From an uncultured Acidobacteriota bacterium (GTDB lineage Bacteria > Acidobacteriota > JAQAZP01): DNA of 64,000 bases. This document shows positions 1-18,642 of the stretch, piece by piece. Within the stretch, counting starts at the first letter, position 1. The number at the start of each line of letters is the position of its first letter. The stretch spans positions 1,056,001 to 1,120,000 of the forward strand of contig CAWIIB010000009.1 in the NCBI GenBank assembly GCA_963836075.1, read 5' to 3'. The notes below the pieces were generated by a model that was given only the letters and a program-made list of their open reading frames with translations, ran no database searches and was not told the DNA's origin. Made by a program: the position numbers and the translations under genes.

Positions 1-856
1 ATCGACAACGACGGCTTGCCGGAAATCCTCACCGGGCCGGGCCCGGGCGCGGTATACGGGCCTCACGTGCGGGCCTTCCTTCTCGACGGGTCCCCGGTCC
101 CCGGCTTCGACTTCATGGCCTATGGCACGCTCAAGTACGGCGTGAACATCGCCGCCGGCGATATCGACTTTTACACGTATGGAGATGAGATCATCACCGG
201 CGCCGGGCCGGGTGCGGTCTTCGGCCCCCATGTCCGGGGGTGGAAGTGGGAGGACCAGGGGCCGGTCCAGCCCCTGAACGTCTCCTTCTTCGCTTACGGC
301 ACGCCTAAGTGGGGGGTCAACGTGGCCTGCGGCAACCTTGACGGGTACGCCTATGATGAAATTGTCACCGGGCCGGGCCCGGGCGCGGTGTACGGGCCGC
401 ACGTCAGGGCGTTCGGTTACGGCGGAGCCCCGATCACCGAGGTTTCTTTCTTTGCTTACGGCACCCTGCAGTACGGGGTGAAGGTGGCCTGTGGTGACAT
501 CGACGGCGACGGCTGCGACGAGATCGTCACCGGGCCGGGGCCCGGGCCGATGTTCGCCCCCCACGTGCGGGGCTGGAACTGGGACGGCGACGGCCTGGCG
601 GAGCCGATGGAGGCGGTGAATTTCCTCGCCTTTGACAACGGCTGGTATGGGGTGAACGTCTCCTGTGCCGACCTGGACGGCGACGGGATCGACGAGATCC
701 TCACCGGCCGCGGTCCGGGGCCGGTCGCTGGACGGCCAGGTGCGGGGCTGGAACTACGACGGGGATCTGGTCACCATGATTCCGGGCATCGACTTCCTCG
801 CCTGGGAGCAGGGAGCCGTCACCCACGGGGCCACGGTGGCCGGGGTGGCGTGGTGA
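1..856 (+). CDS. C-terminal part of a large FG-GAP-like (beta-propeller) repeat protein; begins before the window; frameshift near 727
   Basis: About five repeats of D.DGDG.DEI.TG(P/A)GPG..(Y/F)GPHVR(G/A)...FFAY...YGVNVA.G in ORF 16..1008. The last repeat continues in frame 665..856 (GQVRGWNYDG...FLAW...VAGVAW*). Confidence 0.85.
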
Positions 857-869
857 GCCGGGTGTCTGC

Positions 870-5888
<5,019 letters not shown>

Positions 5889-5892
<4 letters not shown>

Positions 5893-7052
5893 TCGATCTC
5901 CCTGGCGCCGTCACCGGTGTCGGCCGGATGAAATTCGGCGGTGCGGCCGGTGGCCCTGTGGTAGATTTCTCCGGCCCGGGCAATGAACTCTTCTGCCGCA
6001 TCCTCCCGGACCAGGGTCAGGGTGCAGCCGCCGAAACCGCCGCCCATCATCCGGGCGCCGAGCACGCCCGCCGATCCCCGGGCCGCCTCCACCAGACAGT
6101 CCAGCTCGGGACAGGAGACCTGGTAGTCGTTGCACAGCGAGTCGTGGGAGGCGTTGATCAGCGCGCCGAATGCCTCCAGATCTCCCCCCATCAGCGCCTG
6201 CACCGCCTGCATCACCCGGCCGTTCTCGCTCACCACATGCCGCGCCCGCCGGCGCAGGGTCTCGGTTGGGATGCGGTGAATGTTTCGCTCCAGCCGCCCG
6301 GGGGTCAGCCGGGAGAGGCTGGGGGCCTCCAGCACGCCGAGCAGGCTCAACTCGACCTCCCGGCACTCCTCCACCCGTTCATTGTAGCCGGACCCGGCCA
6401 GTTCCCGCGGTTTCCTGGTATCGGCGATGACCAGCCGGTGGCCGTCGAGGGGCAGCGGCACCTGCCGGTGCTGCAGGGTGGAGCAGTTGAGCAGCAGGGC
6501 GCACCCCTTGCGGCCCATGCCGGAGACGAACTGGTCCATGATCCCGCATTCGAGGCCGACGAACGCGTTCTCCGCTGCCCGGGCCATGCGCACCAGTTCT
6601 TCCATCTCCAGGTTGGCGCAGGCCAGACTGTTCAGGGCCACCCCCGTGGCCAGCTCGAGGGAGGCCGAGGAGGAGAGCCCGGCTTCCCGCGGCAGGTCGC
6701 CGGAGAAGAGCAGTTCAACGCCGGGGAGACTGCTGCCGCGGCGCAGGAACTGGTCCGCCACGCCCAGCGGGTAGTTGACCCAGTTCTTTCCCTGCGGCGC
6801 CAGCGGCCGGTCCAGGGGGACGGTGCAGTTGAAGGGATCGTCCACCGAGGCCAGGGCCAGGTGGTTCGCCGTGGTCCGGCGCGCGGCGGCCAGGGTGCCG
6901 AGCTGTATCGCGCAGGGCAGCACCAGCCCGCCGGTGTAATCGGTGTGGCCGCCGATGAGGTTGATCCGGCCCGGGGCAAAGAAGAAACGCAGCGGTTCCC
7001 GGCTTTCGCCGTAGAGCTGGATGAACTGTGCCTGCAGGGTTGCGGTGTCCAC
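5889..7052 (-). CDS. galK: Galactokinase
   Basis: FFAPGRINLIGGHTDY, GLSSSASLE, CGIMDQF, GARMMGGGFGGC. GTG start at 7052 with CAGGAG RBS; the longer ORF call is a frameshift fusion with the upstream gene. Confidence 0.92.
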
Positions 7053-7054
7053 GG

Positions 7055-10369
<3,315 letters not shown>

Positions 10370-10470
10370 GTGGTGGTCCTCCTGCTGCTGACGGATCTGG
10401 TTGCCCCTACTATACTCTGCCCGGGCCGCCAACCGCGAACCAGAATCGCGAACCCCGAGGAGCCTTTGAC

Positions 10471-12013
10471 GTGGAACTGAACATCCTCGATTACGGCGCC
10501 TTTGTCCTCTTCATCGCCGTGGTGGTGGCGGTCTCGCTCTACGCCTCGCGCAAGGAGGAGAGCTCCACCGACTACTTCCTCGCCGGGCGCGGCCTCTCCT
10601 GGTGGCTCATCGGATTCTCGCTCATCGCCTCCAACATCTCCACCGAGCACTTTGTCGGGATGAGCGGCAGCGGCTTCGGCGCCATGGGGCTGGCCGTGGC
10701 CAGCTACGAGTGGATCGCCGCGGTGACCCTGGTGGCGGTGGCCCTGGTGATGCTGCCGCTCTACCTGCGCCTGGGCATCCACACCATGCCCGAGTTCCTC
10801 GAGCACCGTTACGGCAGCAGCCCCGCGGGCGCTGATGGCCGTGTTCATGCTGATCATGTACGTGGCGGTGGCCCTGGCCTCGATCCTCTACTCCGGCGGG
10901 CTGGTGATCGAGACCATCTTCGGTCTGCCCATGGTCTACGGCGTCTGGATCATCGGTGCACTGGCCGCGGCCTACACCATCTACGGCGGTCTCAAGGCGG
11001 TGGTCTGGTCCGACCTGCTCCAGGGTGCGGCCCTGCTGCTCGGCGGTCTGCTGGTGATGGTGCTGGGCTTCAAGGCGGTGGGCGGGGTGGGCCCGTTCTT
11101 TGCCGCCAACGGCGACAAGCTGCACATGATCCTGCCGGCCAGCGACCTGGACATCCCCTGGACAGCCCTGCTGCTGGGGATCTGGATCCCCAACTTCTTC
11201 TACTGGGGCTGCAACCAGTTCATCACCCAGCGGACCCTCGGCGCCAAAAGCCTGCGCCACGGCCAGAACGGCATCATCTTCGCCGCGCTGATCAAGCTGG
11301 TGATCCCCTTCATCATCGTGCTGCCCGGCATCATGGCCTTCCAGCTGGCCGCCTCGGGACAGCTGCAGATCGGCGCCGCCGACACCGCCTACCCGGCGCT
11401 GATCAAGGAGCTGCTGCCCGTGGGCCTCCGCGGGCTGATGCTGGCCGCTCTTTTCGGGGCGGTGATGAGCAGTCTCGACTCGATGCTCAACTCGGCCTCG
11501 GCCATCTTCACCATGGACCTCTACAAGCGGCACCTCAGGCCCGCGGCCGGCTCCCGCCGGCTGGTGCTGGTGGGCCGGGCCATGACCGGGGTCTTTGTCC
11601 TTTTCGGCTGCCTCATCGCCCCGGGCCTGGCCAACCCGGCCTTCAAGGGGATCTTCAACTACATCCAGATGTTCCAGGGCTTCATCTCGCCGGGCATCGT
11701 CACCGTCTTCCTCTTCGGCCTGGTCGTGCGCCGGGCGCCCACGGCGGCGGCGGTGACCGCCATGCTGCTCAACATCCCGATTTACGGACTGCTGCTCTGG
11801 CTGCTGCCCCAGGTGGCCTTCCTCAACCACATGGCCATCACCTTCGTCAGCCTGGTGGCGGTGATGACCGTGATCACTGTCGTCCGCCCGCTTCCCGCGC
11901 CGGTGCGCTTCAAGGTCCAGTCGGGCCTCGACCTCACCCCCAGCCCCTTTGCCCGCTGGGGCGGCATGGCGGTTATCGGCCTCACCGTGCTGCTCTATGT
12001 AGTGTTTTGGTAA
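10471..12013 (+). CDS. Sodium:solute symporter (SGLT-like sugar transporter); frameshift near 10820
   Basis: DYFLAGRGL, SLIASNISTEHFVGMSG, YGGLKAVVWSDLLQ, YWGCNQFITQR, AVMSSLDSMLNSAS; many TM helices; divergent from the lacZ operon. Confidence 0.9.
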
Positions 12014-12038
12014 GACTGGAAAATTACGAAAAAAGGTC

Positions 12039-12070
12039 TTGACGAGGCGGTCTGCGCTGCCTATTTATAT
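12039..12070 (+). promoter_or_regulatory. Sigma70-like promoter (TTGACG-N17-TATTTA) upstream of a structured non-coding stretch
   Basis: TTGACG at 12039-12044, 17-nt spacer, AT-rich TATTTATATA; no credible ORF follows before the convergent TBDR end. Confidence 0.45.
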
Positions 12071-12071
12071 A

Positions 12072-12174
12072 CGACAAGGAGTAGCTGACCACCGGCACCA
12101 GGTTCAGCCTCGGTCCCGGGGTCACCGAGGCCCGATGTTTTTCCGGGCCTCGCGCCTTGTACGGCCTTTTTCTT
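12072..12174 (+). ncRNA. Candidate structured small RNA of unknown family
   Basis: Enclosing stem ACAAGG/CCTTGT; internal hairpins GCTGA..TCAGC, CCTCGGT/ACCGAGG, GAGGCCCG/CGGGCCTC; T-tract after. Confidence 0.4.
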
Positions 12175-12175
12175 A

Positions 12176-12208
12176 TGTCATCGCGAGGAGTCGGCGTAGC
12201 CGACGACT
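12176..12208. repeat. Truncated REP-like element of the GTCAT(C/T)GCGAGGAG...CGAC type
   Basis: TGTCATCGCGAGGAGTCGGCGTAGCCGACGAC with internal hairpin GTCGGC-GTA-GCCGAC; resembles widespread intergenic REP-like repeats; single copy here. Confidence 0.3.
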
Positions 12209-12220
12209 GTCACCTTCCAC

Positions 12221-14923
12221 TCAGAACGTCAGCTTACCTCCAAACACGAAGTAGCCGGCCTGCATCCAGTCGTTGGCGCGGCCGTGGTAATACTCGGTTT
12301 CCGAGCGGCCGATTACATCCTGGTTGTTGGTCAGGTTGAAGGCGTCGGCGGTGAGGGAGAGCGTGGTGGGGCCGATCTCGAAGTCCTTCCTCAGCCGGAG
12401 GTCGAGCCACCAGGCGCTGCCTATGCGGTACGAGCCGCGTGGCTCGAGATAGTACTGATTGGTGTATCCAAAATTCCTCGCCTCGTAGGGCAGGTTGGGG
12501 TCGATCAGACTGTAGGGCCGGCCGCTGCGCCAGTTGAGGCTTGCCCCGACGATGAAGCCCCAGGGAAGGTGGTACGATCCGTTGATCTTGACATACTGCT
12601 TGTCATCCCAGGGAAGGGAGCCGTAGCGGTTGTATTTCATCTCCGCGAAATCGGCATAGATATCGCTGCCCTCGGGGTATGAGTCGTAGACCACCGATCC
12701 CTTGGCCTGGGACAAGGTGCAGACAGCGAGGAACTGGTAGTTGTTGGAGAGCCGTTTCCTGCAGCTCAGCTCGAGGCCCCGGTACTGGCGCCGCGCCGAC
12801 TCCACGTTGGTGAAGTAGTAGAGATACTGGTCTTCAGACCCCTCCCGGATGCCGTCCTCGTTGGCCAGCACATCCTCGATCATATTGTTCTGCTTGTTGT
12901 AGATGAAACGGGCGCCGGCGACGAAGTCGTTGAGGAATACAAGCTCATAGCCGAGGATGTACTCGTCCTTCACGTTCGGCTTGAGGTTTTCGTCCACCGT
13001 GGTGGGGTTCTCGTACCCCTCGGTGTGATTGACTTCTTCCCAGTCACCGGTTTCGTAGTTGCCTTCCTAACGCCAGGTCTCCTCGAATTGACGGTTGAGC
13101 TGCGAAGCGAGCGCCAGGCCCACGGCGTCGTAGTAACGGCCGTAGTGGGCGAAGAGCCGTGAACGGCCGTCACCGATGACGTCCCAGGCGGCACCGAGGC
13201 GGGGCGCCAGCATGTTGTCAAAGCTGTAGACCGGTTCGCCCACATCGTTCTTCTGCTCTTGTTCTTCCCACCGCAGGCCGAGGTTGAAGGTCCAGTCATC
13301 CTCCAGGTCCAGCTGTCCTGGACGAAGAGTGTGAGGATCTTGCCCGTGTCGAGATAATTGACGTCGGACGCTTCGACCCACTGGTCCGGGCGTTCGTTCC
13401 CGGCCGCGTCCCGGGGGCGGTTGATCGTGTAGGCATCGGGATAGATCAGGTCGGTCTGGTACTCCAGGTCCTGATATTCCGCGCCGAACTTGAAATTGTG
13501 TTCGCCGGCCCAATCGCCAACGTAGTAGTTGAATGCCGCCTCGTATTGCATGCGCGGCCGTTTGACGTCGGTGATCGAGCTAACGTTTCCGTAGATGATG
13601 GTGCCGGCGCCATACTGCTGGTCGACGAACCGGGGGTCGTAGAACCCGGCATTGGCCGGGCCCACGGTGTGCGTGGCCTCGTGCCGGCCCATCCGGGCCT
13701 CGAGAAAGAGATTGGGGCTGAAGATGCTGGTCCACTGCAATTGCCACAGCGTTCCGCCGTTCTCCTGCTGGCCGTAGGCCGAAGGCTGGAGGGACTCGCT
13801 CATCGCGTCCCGGCTGTCCCAGACGGCGGAGGTTGCGGCATACTGGGCCCGCAGCTTGTTGTCGGGGTTGACCTGCCAGGTCAGGTTGGCCAGCCCCTCG
13901 TCGAACTCCTCCTCCCGCTCGATGACCTCGTCATCGTAATTGATGCCCTCGATGGTGCGGGTGAACCGGTTGTAGGTGGCGAAGAACCAGAGGCGGTCTC
14001 GGACTACCCGCCCGCCGAGCGAGGCCCCCCACTCCAGTTCGTCGAACTCCTCCTCCTCGTATGCGTGATCTTCGTCGGTGTCCCGCTTGAGGCCCTTGTC
14101 GGTGTAGTAGACCGGCAGCGAGCCGTGGAGCTTGTTGCCGCCCGAACGGGTCACCACGTTCACCACTCCACCGGTGGCCCGGCCATATTCCGCCGGCATT
14201 CCGCCGGTGAGCACTTCCACCGACTGGATGGCTTCCCAGGGGACGGCCATGCCGCTGCGGCCGGTGGCCACGTCGGTGGTTTCCAGACCGTCGAGCAGGT
14301 AGACGTTGTCGGTGCTGTCCGCGCCGTGTACATGGAAAAAGGTGTACTCACTGTTGTTATGGCCGAAATTGTCATCTTCACGGTGAAACGGTTCTTCCAG
14401 GCCGGCCACCCCGGCCACCATCGAGACGGCGTCCAGATAACTGCGCCCGTTGGGGATGTCTTCGAGGAACTCCGAGGGTAATTTCTCCATGATGGCCGAT
14501 GATCCCGCATCGAGCAGTTCACGGTCCCGTTTCTTGCTCACATAATTCGGGGGACTTGAGCGGCACGACCATCTCGGTCAAACCCTCCTCCGTCACGGTA
14601 AATTCGGGAAATATCATCCCCTCATATCCTTCCCGGGCGGCCACAATACGGTAGTCATCAGCCGGCGGCAGGTCGCTGATCCGGAAATTTCCGTTTTCAT
14701 CGGCGGTCACCGTCTTCTCCACGCCCAGAGATTCACTGGTCACCGTCACCTCGATTCCGGGCAGCGGGAAATCACCGCCCAGAATTCTGACAGTACCTTC
14801 GATGAATCCCGGGTTTTCTCCGGCGGCGACTGGAGTTGATGCGCAGAGAAACAGCGGGATCAATATGAGCAGACCGGCCACAGGAATCATGTTTCCGCGC
14901 AGCATTCTGGACCTCCACATCAT
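12221..14923 (-). CDS. TonB-dependent receptor (Oar-like, N-terminal carboxypeptidase-regulatory-like domain); frameshifted
   Basis: Signal peptide + EGTV...LPGIEVTV...TADENGNFRI; plug motif VLTGGMPAEYGRATGGVVNVVTRSG; LFVQDSW, APRLGAAWD; C-terminal FGGKLTF. Indels near 14520, 13310 and 13020-13070. Confidence 0.85.
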
Positions 14924-14996
14924 GAATAAGGGAAAAATTATTGACGTTGGGCAAATTTACCACTCCGCCTTGAGAATTACAAACTTGTGGATCCTG

Positions 14997-17384
14997 TCAG
15001 AACGTCAGCTTCCCCCCCAGCACGAAATACCCTGCCCTCATCCAGCTGTCGGCCATCGCCCCAGTGGTCCCCGTCGATCTCGTAGCGGCCGGTGACCTGC
15101 TGGTTGTTGGTCAGGTTGAAGGCGTCGGCGGTGAGGGAGAGGACGGTGGGGCCGATCTCGAAGTCCTTGCGCAGCCGCAGGTCGATCCACCAGGCGCTGC
15201 CCAGGCGGTGCGACCCGCGCTGCTCGAGATAGTATTGTCGCATTGTAGCCGCTGGAAATTGTCCGCTCCTTCCGGGAGGGACGACCTGAAGGATCTGGTT
15301 GTAGGGCCGGCCGCTGCGCCAGTTGAGACTGCCCCCGACGATGAATCCCAGGGGCAGGTGATACGAGCCGTTGAACTTGAGATAGTGCTGGTCGTCCCAG
15401 GGCAGTTCGCCGTGGCGGTTGTATTTGGTTTCGGCAAAGTCGGCGTATTCGCTCCACCCCACGGAAGATGTGTCGTAGACCACAGACCCCTTTGATTCGG
15501 AGAGGGTGTAGACGACGAGGAACTGGTAGTTGTTCGACAGCCGTTTTTTCAGGCTCAGTTCCAGGCCGCGATACGACCGCCTCGCCTGGTTCCACGTTGG
15601 TGAGGTAGTAGATGGCGGTCGCTCTCGGCGCCCTGCCGGATCTCATCCTCGTTGGCCATCACGTCTTCGATCATGTTGCTCTGGCGGTTGTAGATCGCCC
15701 GGGCGGCGGCGGCGAAATCGGTGGCAAACTCGAACTCGTAGCCCAGAATGATCTCGTCCTTGCAGTTGGGGTCGAGATCGCCGTCCACCTGGTTCGGGTT
15801 TTCAGGGGAATAGGTCATGTCATACATAGTCCAGTCGTCGGTCTCGTAGTCACCTTCGTAAAATGCGGTCTCTACCTGCTGGCGATGGAGGTAGGTGGCG
15901 AGCTGCAGGCCCACCGCCTGGTAGTAGCGGCCGTAGTGGGCGAAGAGCCGTGAGCGGCCGTCACCCCGGACATCCCAGGCCACACCGAGACGGGGCGAGA
16001 TCAGGTTGTCGAACGAGTAGACCTGTTCACCCACATCGTTCTTCTGCTCCTGCTTCTCCCAGCGCAGACCGAGGTTGAAGGTCCAGTCATCTTGCACCGT
16101 CCAGGCGTCCTGGGCGAAGAGGGTGAGGATCGACCCTTTGTCGAGAAAGGTGGTCTCGCTTCTCGGAATCCAATGGTCCGGCTGGTCGTAGGGCCGGTTG
16201 ATGGTGTAGGTATCGGGGATGATGTGCTGCTCGTCGTATTCCAGGTTCTGGTATTCGGCGCCGAACTTGAAGTTGTGATCGCCGGCCCGGTCGCCAACAT
16301 ACCAGTCGAGGGTGGCCTGGTACTGGGTCCGCGGAAGATCGAGGTCGTAGATCGAGCCGATGTTTCCGGTAACGACACGACCGGCTCCATTCATCTCGTC
16401 GATGATCCTCGGGTCTCCGTAGCCGCCGTATTTCGGGCCGATGGAGAGGTTGCTGTCGTGGCTGGCCACCCGGGCTTCGATAAAGAGGTCTGGCGTGATG
16501 ATGCCGTTCCACTCCAGCTTCCACAGCCGGTCGCCGGCTTCCAGGAGTGCCGGCACATCGCCCAACGATGAGAATAAATCCCGCTCCGCGGGTGAGTCCG
16601 CATACTGGCCCCGCAGTTTGTGATCTTCGTTCACCTGCCAGGTCAGTTTGAGCAGCCCCTCCTGGAAGAGATCGTCGCGCTCAACGGGTTCGTAATCGGG
16701 GCTGACCCCCTTGATGGTGTGGGTCAGCTTGTTGTAGGCGGCAAAGAACCAGAGGTGGTCCCGGACCACCGGGCCGCCCAGCGAGGCGCCCCATTCCAGG
16801 TCACGGAAATCGTTCCCGACCATGGCGTCGCGGCCCGGTTTCTGACTCCCGGCGAGATTGTCATCGGTATAGTGGATGGGGAGTGAACCGTGAAACTCGT
16901 TGCCCCCCGAGCGGGTCACCACGTTGACCACGCCGCCGGTGGCCCGGCCATACTCGGCGGGCAGGCCGCCGGTGAGCACTTCCACCGATTTGATGGCCTC
17001 CCAGGGCACGATCATGCCGGTGCGGCCGGAGGCAACGTTGGTGGTCTCCACGCCGTCAACGAAAAAGATGTTGTCGGTGCTGTCGCCGCCGTGGACATGG
17101 AAATACGTGTCCACGGCTGGACCGTCCTGGAGGACGCTGTCATAGCCGATGGAAGCTGCCTCCACTCCGGCCACTCCGGCCACCAGGGAGACCGCATCGA
17201 GGTAGATGCGGCCGTTGGGGATTTCCTCGAGAAACTCCGTCGTGATCTCCTCGCCGATGGTGGAGCTCTTGACGTCCACCAGTTCGTCATCATCCCCTGC
17301 AGCCGGAATTGCAGGCAAAAGTAGAAGCAGTATAACCAGGAGGATGAGCAGACGGACACGCGGGAACCGGGTACTTCTGTTCAT
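14997..17384 (-). CDS. TonB-dependent receptor, paralog of the downstream receptor, lacking the N-terminal extension; frameshifted near the 3' end
   Basis: Signal peptide; GGLPAEYGRATGGVVNVVTRSGGN; LFAQDAW; SPRLGVAWD; ends ...GGKLTF with TGA at 14997; long nucleotide blocks shared with 12221..14923. Confidence 0.85.
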
Positions 17385-17700
17385 GATGGCGACCTCCAGT
17401 CGAAGCGGTCCAAAACCTCAACTGAGACCCGATAGCTTCGTTAACGGCGTTCTCGAGCTGCTCGCATACCACAAGAGTATGCCCGCTCTCGTTTGCCGTT
17501 GCCTTGCTCTCGGACCACATTTGAGGTTTTGGACCGCTTCATTAGGGATGGTTGAGAGAAATTATTATTGTTTTGGATAAATGATACCGTACGGCGAGGA
17601 TCATTTCCGGATTACCCTTGCTTGAGCATTGCAGGTCCTTTGGCTACACTGGTTTTCCGTTGAACGTGCGATTGCGATCCCCGCTGTGGGAGAAATGTCC

Positions 17701-18642
17701 ATGAAATCATCCGGCAGGGCGGCCGAGCCGTCCGGGACAGTGTTCAATATCCAGCGCTTCTCCACCAAGGACGGTCCGGGTCTGCGCACCACCGTCTTTC
17801 TCAAGGGCTGCCCGCTGGCCTGTTCCTGGTGTCACAATCCGGAGAGCCGTGATGCTGCCCCCCAGCTGGCCCACCGGAAGGAGCGCTGCATCCTCTGCGG
17901 CGAGTGCGCCGAGGCCTGCCCCCGGGGGGCGGTGAGCCTCTCCTCGGGCCGGCTGGTCAAGGTCACCGAACTCTGCGAGCAGTGCATGACCTGTGTGGAG
18001 GCCTGCGGCGCCGATGCCTGGACCGCCTTCGGCACGGAGATGACCGCCGGCGAGGTGCTGCGGGAAGTGAGCCGCGACGCCCCGTTCTATGAGGAGTCGG
18101 GGGGCGGGGTGACATTTTCCGGCGGCGAGCCGCTGCTGCAGCCCCGGTTTCTGGCATCCCTCCTCGCCGCGTCGAAGCTGGCCGGTCTGCATACCGCGGT
18201 GGACACCTGCGGGGCGGCCGACTGGGACATCTTCCAGCGGATCCTGCCGCTGACCGACCTCTTTCTCTACGACCTGAAGGTGATGGACGACGGGCGGCAC
18301 CGCGAGGAGGTGGGGGCAACCAACCGGCTGATCCTCGACAACCTCCAGCGGCTCTCCCGGGAGGGGGCCGAGCTGCTGGTCCGCCTGCCGGTGGTCCCCG
18401 GGATCACCGACGACGATGAGAACGTGGCCCGCTGGGGGGCCTTTGTTGCCGGGCTGCACCGGATGCCCCGGGTGCAGCTGCTTCCCTACCACCGCACCGG
18501 TGAGGCAAAATACAGTCTGCTGGGGATGGACACCGGGGAACGGCCGGTGATCGACACGCCGGCCAGGGAGCGGCTGGAGGAGATCGCCGGGGCCCTGGGC
18601 ACTTTCGGCCTTGATGCCGTCATCGGAGCGCAGTGGAGATGA
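17701..18642 (+). CDS. Glycyl-radical enzyme activating protein (radical SAM with ferredoxin insert), HypD activase
   Basis: DGPGLRTTVFLKGCPLACSWCHNPE, CILCGECAEACP, GGVTFSGGEPLLQ, LLPYH; ATGA overlap with the downstream GRE. Confidence 0.92.
   Translation: MKSSGRAAEPSGTVFNIQRFSTKDGPGLRTTVFLKGCPLACSWCHNPESRDAAPQLAHRKERCILCGECAEACPRGAVSLSSGRLVKVTELCEQCMTCVEACGADAWTAFGTEMTAGEVLREVSRDAPFYEESGGGVTFSGGEPLLQPRFLASLLAASKLAGLHTAVDTCGAADWDIFQRILPLTDLFLYDLKVMDDGRHREEVGATNRLILDNLQRLSREGAELLVRLPVVPGITDDDENVARWGAFVAGLHRMPRVQLLPYHRTGEAKYSLLGMDTGERPVIDTPARERLEEIAGALGTFGLDAVIGAQWR

Noticed and set aside
16-720. Repeated ACCGGGCCGGGCCCGGGC units as a CRISPR or DNA repeat array
   Set aside because: They are in-frame coding repeats (TGPGPG) at ~170 bp period with conserved protein between them; no cas genes.
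12074-12160. yybP-ykoY manganese riboswitch
   Set aside because: Only the 5' GGAGTAGC matches; the 3' conserved GAGACC and a downstream regulated gene are missing. Kept as an unknown ncRNA candidate.
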